Positions 31,597-41,207 of a DNA stretch of 64,000 nucleotides are shown here, piece by piece. Below the pieces are notes generated by a model. That model saw nothing but the letters and a program-made list of their open reading frames with translations. It did not search any database and was not told where the DNA came from. This DNA is from Candidatus Latescibacterota bacterium (GTDB lineage Bacteria > Latescibacterota > UBA2968 > UBA8231), in NCBI GenBank assembly GCA_965208105.1, contig OZ242318.1, positions 4,384,001 to 4,448,000 of the forward strand. The letters run 5' to 3'. The position numbers and the translations under genes are program-made. How positions within the stretch are numbered: position 1 is the stretch's first letter; every line of letters starts with the position of its first letter.

Positions 31597-32607
31597 ATGC
31601 GAGTGCTGGTGACCGGCGGGGCCGGCTATATCGGCAGTCACACCTGCCTGGAGTTGCTGCGGGCTGGGTGCGAAGTCGTGGTGGTCGACAACCTCGCCAA
31701 CAGCAGGGAAGAATCCCTGCAGCGGGTGCAGAAGCTGAGCGGCAGAAGCCTGGAGTTCCACCAGGTGGACCTCCTCGACCGCAAGGCCCTGGAGACCGTG
31801 TTCCGCCGCTCTTCCATCGACGCGGTGGTTCATTTCGCCGCCCTCAAGGCCGTGGGCGAATCGGTGGCCAGGCCCCTGCACTACTACCACAACAACCTCA
31901 CCGGGACCCTGAACCTGGCCGCGGTGATGAACGAGTTCGAGGTCAGGAAGCTGATATTCAGCTCCTCCGCCACGGTCTACGGCAATCCCGGCGCCGTGCC
32001 CATCGAGGAGGATGCTCCGCTTGTTCCGGTCAATCCCTACGGCCGCTCGAAATGGATGAGCGAAGAGGTTCTGCGCGACCTCCATCGGGCCGATGAAAGT
32101 TGGGAGATCACTCTTCTGAGATACTTCAATCCCATAGGGGCCCATCCCAGCGGACAGATCGGAGAAGACCCCGCCGGCGTGCCCAACAACCTCCTACCCT
32201 ACATCGCCCAGGTGACCGCCGGCCGGCTTTCCGAGCTCGCCGTATTCGGCGCCGACTGGCCCACCCCCGACGGCACCGGCATCCGCGACTACATCCACGT
32301 GGTCGATCTCGCCCGCGGCCACCTGAAGGCCCTGGAGGCTCTCTCCTCCAATCCAGGAGTCCGCGCCTACAACCTGGGCACCGGACGCGGCTACAGTGTT
32401 CTGGAAGTGATATCAGCCTTCGAGAAGGCCAGCGGAAGGAAGGTGCCCTACCGGATCGTGGAGCGCCGACCGGGCGACATCGCCGTCAGCTATGCCGGGG
32501 TATCGCGGGCGAGGGAGGAGCTTGGCTGGGCGGCGTTGCACGACATGGACGCCATGTGCGCCGACACCTGGCGCTGGCAATCAGGGAATCCCCGCGGGTA
32601 CGATTAG
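31597..32607 (+). CDS. galE: UDP-glucose 4-epimerase
   Basis: TGGAGYIGSH, FSSSATVYG, YGRSK, LRYFNPIGAH. Confidence 0.96.
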   Translation: MRVLVTGGAGYIGSHTCLELLRAGCEVVVVDNLANSREESLQRVQKLSGRSLEFHQVDLLDRKALETVFRRSSIDAVVHFAALKAVGESVARPLHYYHNNLTGTLNLAAVMNEFEVRKLIFSSSATVYGNPGAVPIEEDAPLVPVNPYGRSKWMSEEVLRDLHRADESWEITLLRYFNPIGAHPSGQIGEDPAGVPNNLLPYIAQVTAGRLSELAVFGADWPTPDGTGIRDYIHVVDLARGHLKALEALSSNPGVRAYNLGTGRGYSVLEVISAFEKASGRKVPYRIVERRPGDIAVSYAGVSRAREELGWAALHDMDAMCADTWRWQSGNPRGYD

Positions 32608-32628
32608 GCCTCAGACATCCACCCAGCT

Positions 32629-33048
32629 TCAGGATTGTTCCAGCTCCACCCCGGGCCACTGGTCTGTGCTGGAGGTGACGTCGACGGTGATGCCGTCGGG
32701 GTCCTCCACCTTGAATGCGCCCTGGCGGAGATTGTCGGGATCGAGGGGGGACTTGCCGCTCAGGCCGTCGGAGAAGATTTCGAAGCCCATGTCGCGCAGG
32801 CGCCGGGCGGCCTCCTCCAGGTCGGCTACGCGGACGCCGATGTGGAGGTAGTCCAGCATGCCGCTGACGTGACCTGGCCGCTCCGGGCCGCTGTGCTGGA
32901 AGACGCGGAAGTTGTGGAGGCCGTCGGTGAGATCGAAGCAGGTCCCCTGCCTGGCGGCCACCTGCAGTCCCAGGCCGTCGCGCCAGAAGCGAATGGTCTT
33001 GTCCAGGTCGGTGGCCCGGACGCCGATGTGAACCAGGGTGCTGGACAT
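32629..33048 (-). CDS. VOC/glyoxalase family protein
   Basis: Paired HIGVR repeats, DPDGITVDV. Confidence 0.85.
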   Translation of the reverse strand: MSSTLVHIGVRATDLDKTIRFWRDGLGLQVAARQGTCFDLTDGLHNFRVFQHSGPERPGHVSGMLDYLHIGVRVADLEEAARRLRDMGFEIFSDGLSGKSPLDPDNLRQGAFKVEDPDGITVDVTSSTDQWPGVELEQS

Positions 33049-33165
33049 GTCGATTATCTCCCGTGAGTGCCAATAGGAAGTGCGGTGCGGTGATGGTTTT
33101 CTGCGCCACCCGGGTGCGGCGGCTCGAATTCCGGGGCCTGAAAGTAGGGCCGCCGCGGCCGCATG

Positions 33166-36100
33166 TCAATCGCGGCAGAAGGCCTGGGCGTTCTGGAACA
33201 GCCGCAGCCAGGGGCTGTCCTCCCCGCTCCAATCTTCGGGCTTCCAGGAGAGCTGGACGTTGCGGAAGACGCGCTCGGGATGGGGCATCATGATGGTGGC
33301 GCGGCCGTCGCTGCTGGTCAGGGAGGTGATGCCCCGCGGCGAGCCGTTGGGGTTGCAAGGGTAGCGCTCGGTGGGCGCGCCGTGGTTGTCCACGAAGCGC
33401 ATGCAGACCTGTCCCTCCGCCATGGCGCGGGACATGGCTTGCGAATCGGCGAAGGCGGCGCGGCCCTCGCCGTGGGCGCAGGCGATCCCCAGGCGCGAGC
33501 CGGCCATCCCGCGGAAGAGGATGGAGCGGCTTTCGAGAATTTCCACCGTGGCCAGGCGCGCTTCGAACTGCTCCGAGCGGTTGTGCAGGAAGGATGGCCA
33601 GAGCTCTGCGCCGGGTATCAGCTCGCGGAGGTGGGAGAGCATCTGGCAGCCGTTGCACACTCCCAGGGTGAAGGTATCGGGGCGCGCGAAGAAGGCGGCG
33701 AAGCTGGAGCGCATGTCCTGGTTGAAGAGGATGGAGCGGGCCCAGCCGGCGCCGGCGCCGAGGACGTCGCCGTAGCTGAATCCGCCGCAGGCCACCAGTC
33801 CCTGGAAGTCGTCGAGGCGGGCACGGCCAGCCTGCAGGTCGGTCATGGTTACGTCCACCGCGCCGAAGCCGGCCGCGTCGAAGGCGGCGGCCATTTCCAC
33901 CTGGCCGTTGATGCCCTGCTCGCGCAGGATGGCCACCCGCGGCCGCGGACCGCCGTTGCGGGCGGGGAGGACGCCCCCCGTGGCTCTGAACTGCAGGCCG
34001 GGGTCGGCGCCGTCGGCGATGGCCTCGTACTCCTCCCGGGCGCAGTCCGGGTTGTCACGGTGGGCCTGCATGAGGAAGGTGAGCTCGGACCAGGCCTGCT
34101 GCAGGGCGGCGACGGAGTCTCTGTAAATGCAATTATTTCCCTGATGGATCTGCAGCTGGCCCGAGTCGTCGGGCTGACCAAGAGGATGGAAGATTTCCAG
34201 AAGGGAATACTCGCCCAATACTTCTCTGACCTCCGTCTCCCGTTCCTCATCGTACTGGATCACCGCCCCGGCCTCCTCGGAGAACAGGACCGCCAGCGGA
34301 TCGCCGCCGAGAGAAGTGATGTCGAGAGCGAGGCCGCTGCGGCTGGCGAAGGCCATCTCCGCCACGGTGACGAAGAGGCCGCCGTCGGAGCGGTCGTGGT
34401 AGGCCAGCAGCAGGCCGCTTCCGATCATCTCCTGGACGGCGTGGTAGAAGCGCCCCAGGTCGCCGGGGTCGATGTCAGGGGCGGCGTCGCCCAGCTTGCC
34501 GTATACCTGCGCCAGGGCCGATGCGCCCAGGCGGTTGCGGCCGCCGCCCAGGTCGATGAGCGCCAGCCTGGCGCCCGGGGTTTTCTTGAGCTCCGGCGTC
34601 AAGGTGCGGCGGATGTCCAGCACCGGGGCGAAAGCCGAGATCACCAGGCTGAGGGGGGCGGTCACCTTGCGGGACTCGCCGCCGCGGCCGCGCCACAGGG
34701 TGCGCATGGAGAGACTGTCCTTGCCCACGGGTATGGCCACCCCCAGGGCGGGGCAGAACTCCATTCCCAGGGCGCGCACCGTGTCGAAGAGCCGGGCGTC
34801 CTCGCCCTCCTCGCCGCAGGCGCACATCCAGTTGGCCGCCAGCTTTACGCGGCCTATGGGGCCGATGGACGCCGCGGCGATGTTGGCGATGGCCTCGGCC
34901 ACCGCCATGCGCCCGGCGGCGGGGGAGTCGATCAGGGCCAGCGGGGCGCGCTCGCCCATGGCCATGGCCGATCCCCGGTAGCCCTTGAAGGAGGCTGCGG
35001 TGACGGCGGCGTCGGCGACGGGCACCTGGTAGGGGCCGACCATCTGGTCGCGGGCGACGAGGCCGGTGACGCTGCGGTCGGCGATGGTGACCAGGAAGGT
35101 CTTGGCGGCCACCGCGGGAAAGCGCAGCACGCGGGCGGCAGCCTCCGGAATGGAAACGCCGGAAAGGTCGAGGGGCGCCAGCTTCTCGCCGCCGCGGCGG
35201 ACGTCGCGCTCCATTCTGGGAGGCTTGCCCAGAATGATCTCCAGGTCGAGGCCGTCGATGGGCACCTCGGCGCCGAGCGGGTCGCGCAGGGTGAGCTTGC
35301 CGTCGCCGCTGATCTCGCCGATCACCGCGAACAGGCAGCGCTCGCGCTCCGCCAGGGCGGCGAAGCGCCGGAGGTCGGCGCGGCCGATTACCAGGACGTA
35401 GCGCTCCTGGGCTTCGTTGCTCCAGATCTGCATGGGGCTCATGCCGGGATCGTCGTTGTGGACGGCGCGCAGGTCGAAGCAGGCGCCGCTCTTCTCCACC
35501 AGCTCGGGGCAGGCGTTGGAGAGCCCTCCGGCGCCGACGTCGTGGATGCTGCGGATGGGGTTGTCGCGTCCCAGGGAGATGCAGCGGTCGATCAGGTCCT
35601 GGCAGCGGCGCTGCATCTCCGGGTTGTCGCGCTGCACCGAGGCGAAGTCCAGGTCCTCCGCGTTGCTGCCGCTGTCCATGCTGGAGGCGGCTCCCCCTCC
35701 CAGGCCGATGAGCATGGCCGGCCCCCCCAACTGGATCACGTAGTCCCCCTGGCGCAGCTCCTTCTTTTCCACGTGCCCGGCGTCGATGAGGCCGACCCCG
35801 CCGGCCACCATGATGGGCTTGTGATATCCGCGGTGGCGCCCGTCCACCACCCCCTCGAAGGTGCGGAAGAGGCCGCAGATGTTGGGACGCCCGAACTCGT
35901 TGCCGAAGGCCGCCGCGCCGATGGGCGCCTCGGTCATGATCTCCAGGGGAGTGGCCAGTCGGGAGGGAAACTCGCTGCGCTCCTCTTCCCACGGCTGGAT
36001 GCAGCCGGGGATGTGGAGGTGGGAGGTGAAGTAGGCGCAGAGGCCGGCCTGGGATCGTGCGCCGGTTCCGGTGGATCCCTCGTCGCGGATCTCGCCGCCG

Positions 36101-37026
36101 ACCCCGGTGGAGGCTCCGGGGTAAGGCGAGATGGCGGTGGGGTGGTTGTGGGTTTCGACCTTGAGCACGATGTGGGAGAGTTTGTCGCTGAAGCGGTAGC
36201 GATGGTCCTCCGCCTCGAGCGGCTGAAAGCGGGCCACCCTGAAGCCCTCGATTACACCGGCGTTGTCGGCATAGGCCTTGACGCAGCCTCCGGGATTGCG
36301 CGCGTGGGTATTGCGGATCATCTCGAAGAGGGAGCGTTCCTGGCGGCGGCCGTCGATGCGCCAGGCGGCGTTGAAGATCTTGTGGCGGCAGTGCTCGGAG
36401 TTGACCACCGCGAACATCATCAGCTCCACGTCGGTCGGGTCGCGCCCGAGCCTCCGGAAGACCTGGTGGAAATAGTCCATTTCCTCCGGAGAAAGGGCCA
36501 GGCCCATGGCGGCATCGGCCGCTTCCAGGGCCCCGCGCCCGCGCTCGAGCAGGGCGATGCGCTCCAGTGGCCGGGGCGCCACGTCGCGGAAGAGAACCTC
36601 GGGGTCCTCCACCACCGCTTCGGTCATGCGGTCGTGGACCAGGGGCAACAGGGGCTCGAGGTCGTGCATGGAGAGGCTTCCTGCGGTCTCGAAGCGGTAG
36701 GCGGTGCCGCGCTCGATGCGCACCACCGCGTCCATGCCGCAGTGGTGCAGAATGTTGGTGGCCTTGCTGGACCAGGGCGAGATGGTCCCGGGGCGCGGAC
36801 AGACCAGCACCGCGGCGCTCCCGTCAGCCGGTGCGGCGCTGCGCGCCTGGAGAATCTGTTCCAGGCGTGCATGCCCACCCGGGTCAAGCGCCCGTTTCAG
36901 ATGGACGAGATACAGGTGGATGGCGCTGAGGCCGGAGAGCCGGGGCAGGACGCCGCGGCAGCGCTGGAGCAGGGCGGCGCGGCGAAAGTCGGAAAGGGCG
37001 GGGGGGCCTTCGAAGATGAGCAGCAT
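33166..37026 (-). CDS. purL: Phosphoribosylformylglycinamidine synthase (large PurL)
   Basis: NSEHCRHKIFN, KVETHNHPT, HDVGAGG, GVCNGCQ, MMPHPER. Confidence 0.97.
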   Translation of the reverse strand: MLLIFEGPPALSDFRRAALLQRCRGVLPRLSGLSAIHLYLVHLKRALDPGGHARLEQILQARSAAPADGSAAVLVCPRPGTISPWSSKATNILHHCGMDAVVRIERGTAYRFETAGSLSMHDLEPLLPLVHDRMTEAVVEDPEVLFRDVAPRPLERIALLERGRGALEAADAAMGLALSPEEMDYFHQVFRRLGRDPTDVELMMFAVVNSEHCRHKIFNAAWRIDGRRQERSLFEMIRNTHARNPGGCVKAYADNAGVIEGFRVARFQPLEAEDHRYRFSDKLSHIVLKVETHNHPTAISPYPGASTGVGGEIRDEGSTGTGARSQAGLCAYFTSHLHIPGCIQPWEEERSEFPSRLATPLEIMTEAPIGAAAFGNEFGRPNICGLFRTFEGVVDGRHRGYHKPIMVAGGVGLIDAGHVEKKELRQGDYVIQLGGPAMLIGLGGGAASSMDSGSNAEDLDFASVQRDNPEMQRRCQDLIDRCISLGRDNPIRSIHDVGAGGLSNACPELVEKSGACFDLRAVHNDDPGMSPMQIWSNEAQERYVLVIGRADLRRFAALAERERCLFAVIGEISGDGKLTLRDPLGAEVPIDGLDLEIILGKPPRMERDVRRGGEKLAPLDLSGVSIPEAAARVLRFPAVAAKTFLVTIADRSVTGLVARDQMVGPYQVPVADAAVTAASFKGYRGSAMAMGERAPLALIDSPAAGRMAVAEAIANIAAASIGPIGRVKLAANWMCACGEEGEDARLFDTVRALGMEFCPALGVAIPVGKDSLSMRTLWRGRGGESRKVTAPLSLVISAFAPVLDIRRTLTPELKKTPGARLALIDLGGGRNRLGASALAQVYGKLGDAAPDIDPGDLGRFYHAVQEMIGSGLLLAYHDRSDGGLFVTVAEMAFASRSGLALDITSLGGDPLAVLFSEEAGAVIQYDEERETEVREVLGEYSLLEIFHPLGQPDDSGQLQIHQGNNCIYRDSVAALQQAWSELTFLMQAHRDNPDCAREEYEAIADGADPGLQFRATGGVLPARNGGPRPRVAILREQGINGQVEMAAAFDAAGFGAVDVTMTDLQAGRARLDDFQGLVACGGFSYGDVLGAGAGWARSILFNQDMRSSFAAFFARPDTFTLGVCNGCQMLSHLRELIPGAELWPSFLHNRSEQFEARLATVEILESRSILFRGMAGSRLGIACAHGEGRAAFADSQAMSRAMAEGQVCMRFVDNHGAPTERYPCNPNGSPRGITSLTSSDGRATIMMPHPERVFRNVQLSWKPEDWSGEDSPWLRLFQNAQAFCRD

Positions 37027-37537
37027 GTGTCCGCGATCGCAGGAAAAGGAGGAGATTCAAAACTATCAGATTGGAGATCGGCTCTCAAGCTTTTGGGGAT
37101 TTAATAAATCAATGCTGTGGATTAGCCCAGACAATGAATGCCCCGCCTGCCTCGACGAGGGGAAGGAAATTCGGGGTTGGTTACTTACGTACATAAATCA
37201 AATCATCAATTACTTAAATCCGTTTCAGGGGAGGTGTCCTCTCAAGGCTCGATAAAGAAAAACCGATGAGGAGGGATCCGCTGATGAACGGATATTTCTG
37301 CGCTATAGCGGGTGGGCTCATTGCAGTGAGTATTCCTTTGACGGCAACAGGAGCCATGGCCGCAGCCAGCCCAATGTTCCCTGCTCCAGATCAACATCGC
37401 AGTATATCCCCTTTCGTGCCACAGATGGTTGGCAATTTTTGGCAATTCCGGGAGGAATGAAGTCTCAAGCTTTTACCTGAGTCCCAGGCCACTAAGTCCT
37501 GCATAAACTGAACATAGAAAAACTGTGGAGGATCCAC

Positions 37538-38041
37538 ATGAATTCCATCGTCTTCCCTATTCGCTTTTTTATTTCGCTCGGTCTATTGCTTTCTCTCCAT
37601 GCGGTTGGATACGCATCTCCCTCGCCTGTTGATAGCACCCGCTTCTGCCATCCGCTCCAATTAGAGGAGGGGGAGCGCGTCCGCAAGGCCGCCAAGCCGG
37701 TGACGGATTTAAGCGTGGGCGAGCCGCGCACGGTGCGAATGATCTATTTCGCGCCCAACGACAGGCCGTTCCGTGTCGAGGTCGACGAGAGGATGAAGAG
37801 GATCATCCGACGGGTTCAGGCTTTTTATTCCCAGCAGATGCAGGCTCACGGAAATGAGGACATGACCTTCCGCTTTGAAACCGATGCCGATGGCCAGCCA
37901 ATCGTCCACCGCCTGCAAGGCCTACATCCCGACAACCACTATCTCAACGATCCACATTCGACAGTGTTTGGCGAGATCGAACAAGTGTATGATACCTTTG
38001 CCAATATTTACGTCGCCTACATGACATCAGTCGCGCTGTGA
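37538..38041 (+). CDS. Segment 1 of the frameshifted surface protein (signal peptide plus N-terminal part of the protease domain)
   Basis: Signal peptide; EPRTVRMIYFAPNDRP...TFRFETD. Confidence 0.6.
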   Translation: MNSIVFPIRFFISLGLLLSLHAVGYASPSPVDSTRFCHPLQLEEGERVRKAAKPVTDLSVGEPRTVRMIYFAPNDRPFRVEVDERMKRIIRRVQAFYSQQMQAHGNEDMTFRFETDADGQPIVHRLQGLHPDNHYLNDPHSTVFGEIEQVYDTFANIYVAYMTSVAL

Positions 38042-39702
38042 TCCCACAAGGAGGTAGTTTGGGCAAAACTGGAGGGCAAGCATCGGATGGAGGGGATTTT
38101 ACCTGGGATACGGTTGCCCATGAACTCGGACACGCCTTCGGTCTGGCGCACGACTTTCGCGACAATGCCTACATCATGTCGTATGGGTCGCCTGGTAATA
38201 CCCTGTCGGCGTGCGCTGCCGAATTTCTGTCCGTGCACCCTTATTTCAATCCCCAGGTCTCAACTGAGGTTGGGCAAGGACCAACCGTCGAGTTTCTTTC
38301 AACACCTGAGTATCCGGCTGGCGCTACGAGCTTCTCAGTCCAGTTCAAGGTCAGTGATCCAGACGGCCTGCACCAAATTCTGGTGTTCACTACCACCCAT
38401 GACCTTCACCTTGCAGCCGGGTTTTCCGAATTGAAAGCGTGTCGTGGATTGGAGGGACAGAAGGAGGCGATCGTCGATCTCGATTTTGAGGACGATGCGG
38501 CCACTTTTTTCTTCTCCTACGTCTTTCGTCCGATTCAAGTGGAGGTCATCGATACGGACGGAAACGTCAGGCGCGCTTCCTTTGACCTTGTGGAGATCCC
38601 GCAGAACCAGGTCGCCAAGCTCGAGGGGCATGTGAACGAGGTTGGGTCCATGTCGTTTTCCCGCGATGGAACATCTCTTGCCACCGGGTCGCTTGACGGT
38701 ACGGTCAAGTTGTGGGATGTCGAGACGGGAACAGATACTGCCACCTTTTCGGGGGCCCATCCTGTTGCGCTATCTTCCGATGGAACGACTCTTGCTTCCG
38801 TCAGCTCAGGATCGGATGTAACGCTGTGGGACGTTGGCAGGCGGCAGTCCATCGCCACACTGGCGGGGCATTCTGGGGTGGTCACCTCGCTCTCCTTTTC
38901 TCCCGACGGCAGAACCCTCGCTTCCGGGTCAGAGGATAATTCGATAAGGCTTTGGGACGTTGGCAGGCGACAGTCCATCGCCACGCTGGAAGGGCATACA
39001 GGATTGGTCACTTCCCTCTCCTTTTCCCCTGACGGCGGAACCCTGGCCTCCGGGTCGTATGATCGGACCGTCAAACTCTGGGATGTAGCCGCCCGCCGGA
39101 CTATCGCCACGCTCGAGGGTCATAGGGATTGGGTCAGCTCGGTATCGTTTTCTCCGGATGGAAGAACTCTCGCCTCCGGTTCATTGGATAGGTCGGTCAA
39201 GCTGTGGGACGTGGCCACCCGGCAACCGAGCTCCTCCTTCGAAGGTCATGCGGATGTAGTCACCGCGCTGGCGATTTCCCCCGACGGGTCTTCCGTCGCA
39301 TCCGGGTCAGGCGATAGAACGGCCAAAATTTGGGACATTCATACGAAGGAGATTCACGTCGAATTCGGCCATACGGCTCCGGTTTCGTCGCTGGCGTTTT
39401 CAGGCGATGGCACGACCCTGGCATCGGGAACCAGGGGAGGAATCGTCAGGGTTTGGAACGTCTCCGAGTGGACGGGCCCCCGTCCCCAAATGATAGTGAA
39501 AATCTCGGGAGACAATCAGCAGGGCACACCCGGTGAACCGTTGGATAATCCCTTCGTCGTTGAAGTGAGAGATCAGAACGGCAATCCGCTAAATGGTGCC
39601 GAGGTTACATTCAGGGTCACCGCGGGTGACGGGCTGATCGGTGCCAGGTTTGCCGTGGAGAAGGCTACGACAGATGCCGATGAAGCATTGAAAGAATCCT
39701 AA
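38038..39702 (+). CDS. Segment 2: metzincin Zn motif, 7 WD40 repeats, Ig domain
   Basis: HELGHAFGLAH, IMSY Met-turn, GH...FSPDG...WD repeats, KISGDNQQG. Confidence 0.7.
   Translation: MIPQGGSLGKTGGQASDGGDFTWDTVAHELGHAFGLAHDFRDNAYIMSYGSPGNTLSACAAEFLSVHPYFNPQVSTEVGQGPTVEFLSTPEYPAGATSFSVQFKVSDPDGLHQILVFTTTHDLHLAAGFSELKACRGLEGQKEAIVDLDFEDDAATFFFSYVFRPIQVEVIDTDGNVRRASFDLVEIPQNQVAKLEGHVNEVGSMSFSRDGTSLATGSLDGTVKLWDVETGTDTATFSGAHPVALSSDGTTLASVSSGSDVTLWDVGRRQSIATLAGHSGVVTSLSFSPDGRTLASGSEDNSIRLWDVGRRQSIATLEGHTGLVTSLSFSPDGGTLASGSYDRTVKLWDVAARRTIATLEGHRDWVSSVSFSPDGRTLASGSLDRSVKLWDVATRQPSSSFEGHADVVTALAISPDGSSVASGSGDRTAKIWDIHTKEIHVEFGHTAPVSSLAFSGDGTTLASGTRGGIVRVWNVSEWTGPRPQMIVKISGDNQQGTPGEPLDNPFVVEVRDQNGNPLNGAEVTFRVTAGDGLIGARFAVEKATTDADEALKES
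38827..39063 (+). repeat. Near-identical 126-bp tandem WD40 coding units
   Basis: TGGGACGTTGGCAGGCG(G/A)CAGTCCATCGCCAC starts at both 38827 and 38953. Confidence 0.75.
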
Positions 39703-39776
39703 CTCTTAGCTCCATCCCGGGACCAAACACGGTTGAGGTATCCGTCGCAGGGCTGGAGCATCTGGTTTTCAACTCT

Positions 39777-41207
39777 GTGGGGGTTGGGACCCCTTCCGTG
39801 TCGGTCCCGGAGGGGAACTATCCCACATGGCATCTGCCCGAGGCCGCCATCATCCGGCTGGCAAGAGGAAGAGTCGGCCACAGCCACAGGGCGGTTGCCT
39901 ACTCACCTGACGGGAAAATCTTCGCCGTGGCGAGTGGTGTCGGCCTGTGGCTGTACGATGCGGTGACATTGGATGAACTCTCGCTGCTGCCAATGGAATT
40001 GGTCAATTCGGTGTCCTTTTCTCCAGACGGCACAACTCTGGCCTTGGGGTCGGGTGGCGGGAGTGGTGGTGGTGGGCTCACCCTGTGGGACTTGGCGACA
40101 GGTAGCCTCAAAGCCACCCTTGGGGCAAGAGCCAGAGTAAAATACGTGTCCATTTCCCCCGATGGGAAGATTCTTGCCTCTGGCACCAGTATCTCGCGGA
40201 TCGAATTGTGGGATGTGGGAACCGAGACGCACATCACCACCCTAAGGGGACAGACATCCCCGGGGACGTCGGTGTCCTTTTCTCCCGATGGGAGAACCCT
40301 TGCCTCAGGGGAAGAGGACGGCACGGTCAGGCTGTGGGACATTGAGACGCACGCCAATATTGCCACCCTTGAAGGTCATAGCAGGAATGTTGAATCAGTG
40401 TCTTTTTCTCCCGACGGGACCACCGTTGCCTCCGCGTCCTCTGATGGCACGATCAGGCTGTGGGACCTTGAGACGCGCACCACCATCGCGATTCTTGATC
40501 ATGGGCATTCGGTTATTGCGTTATCCTTTTCTCCGGATGGCAGGGTTCTCGCTTCCGGGGATGCGGATGGATATGTCAATCTTTGGCAAGTGGAGACAAG
40601 AGAAAAAATCGCAACGCTTACAGGCCACAGGCGGGCTGTCAGCGCGGTGTTGTTTTCTCCCGATGGGGAATCCATCGCTTCCGGGTCTTATGCCGGAGGT
40701 GTCAGGGTCTGGGACGTGGCGACCGGCAACACCACCGCTATGTTTGAAGGCCATAAGTACCCAATTTCCTCCCTATCGTTTTCCCCGGACGGGGCTACCC
40801 TGATTTCCGGGACCGGGCAGCCCGGGGATTACCAGATAAAAAAGTGGGACCTGGACACAGGTACCGAGATTGGCACTCTTGAGGGAGATATCATCGAGGC
40901 CCTTTCCTTTTCACCCGACGGAACCATGTTCGCCACCGGTTCTCAGGATAATAAGGTCAGGTTGGTGGACCTAGCGACCGGGGCCAATTTAGCCATCTTG
41001 AAAGGGCATGGGCACTTCATCAGCGAGGTGTTGTTTTCGCCCGATGGTTCCCTTCTTGCCTCCGCGTCGCATGATGGCTCCATCCTGCTTTGGGATATGC
41101 GGCTCGCTCTCCCCCATCCGCGGACCCTGACGAAGATCGCGGGCGACAATCAGCAAGGACCAGCGGGAAGCCAATTGACCAGTCCTATAGTGGTCTCCGG
41201 TGCTTGA
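39777..41207 (+). CDS. Segment 3: about 10 WD40 repeats
   Basis: Repeated SFSPDG..LASG..D..(I/V)RLWD. Confidence 0.7.
   Translation: MGVGTPSVSVPEGNYPTWHLPEAAIIRLARGRVGHSHRAVAYSPDGKIFAVASGVGLWLYDAVTLDELSLLPMELVNSVSFSPDGTTLALGSGGGSGGGGLTLWDLATGSLKATLGARARVKYVSISPDGKILASGTSISRIELWDVGTETHITTLRGQTSPGTSVSFSPDGRTLASGEEDGTVRLWDIETHANIATLEGHSRNVESVSFSPDGTTVASASSDGTIRLWDLETRTTIAILDHGHSVIALSFSPDGRVLASGDADGYVNLWQVETREKIATLTGHRRAVSAVLFSPDGESIASGSYAGGVRVWDVATGNTTAMFEGHKYPISSLSFSPDGATLISGTGQPGDYQIKKWDLDTGTEIGTLEGDIIEALSFSPDGTMFATGSQDNKVRLVDLATGANLAILKGHGHFISEVLFSPDGSLLASASHDGSILLWDMRLALPHPRTLTKIAGDNQQGPAGSQLTSPIVVSGA

Noticed and set aside
33163-37104. 1313-aa plus-strand ORF, and similar long ORFs at 9112..11505, 28435..31089, 43055..45496 and 50730..53114
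   Set aside because: These are antisense shadows of clear genes in high-GC DNA and have no recognisable motifs.
38600-41100. CRISPR array or non-coding tandem repeats
   Set aside because: The periodicity is in-frame WD40 coding repeats, with no constant repeat/unique spacer pattern and no cas genes.
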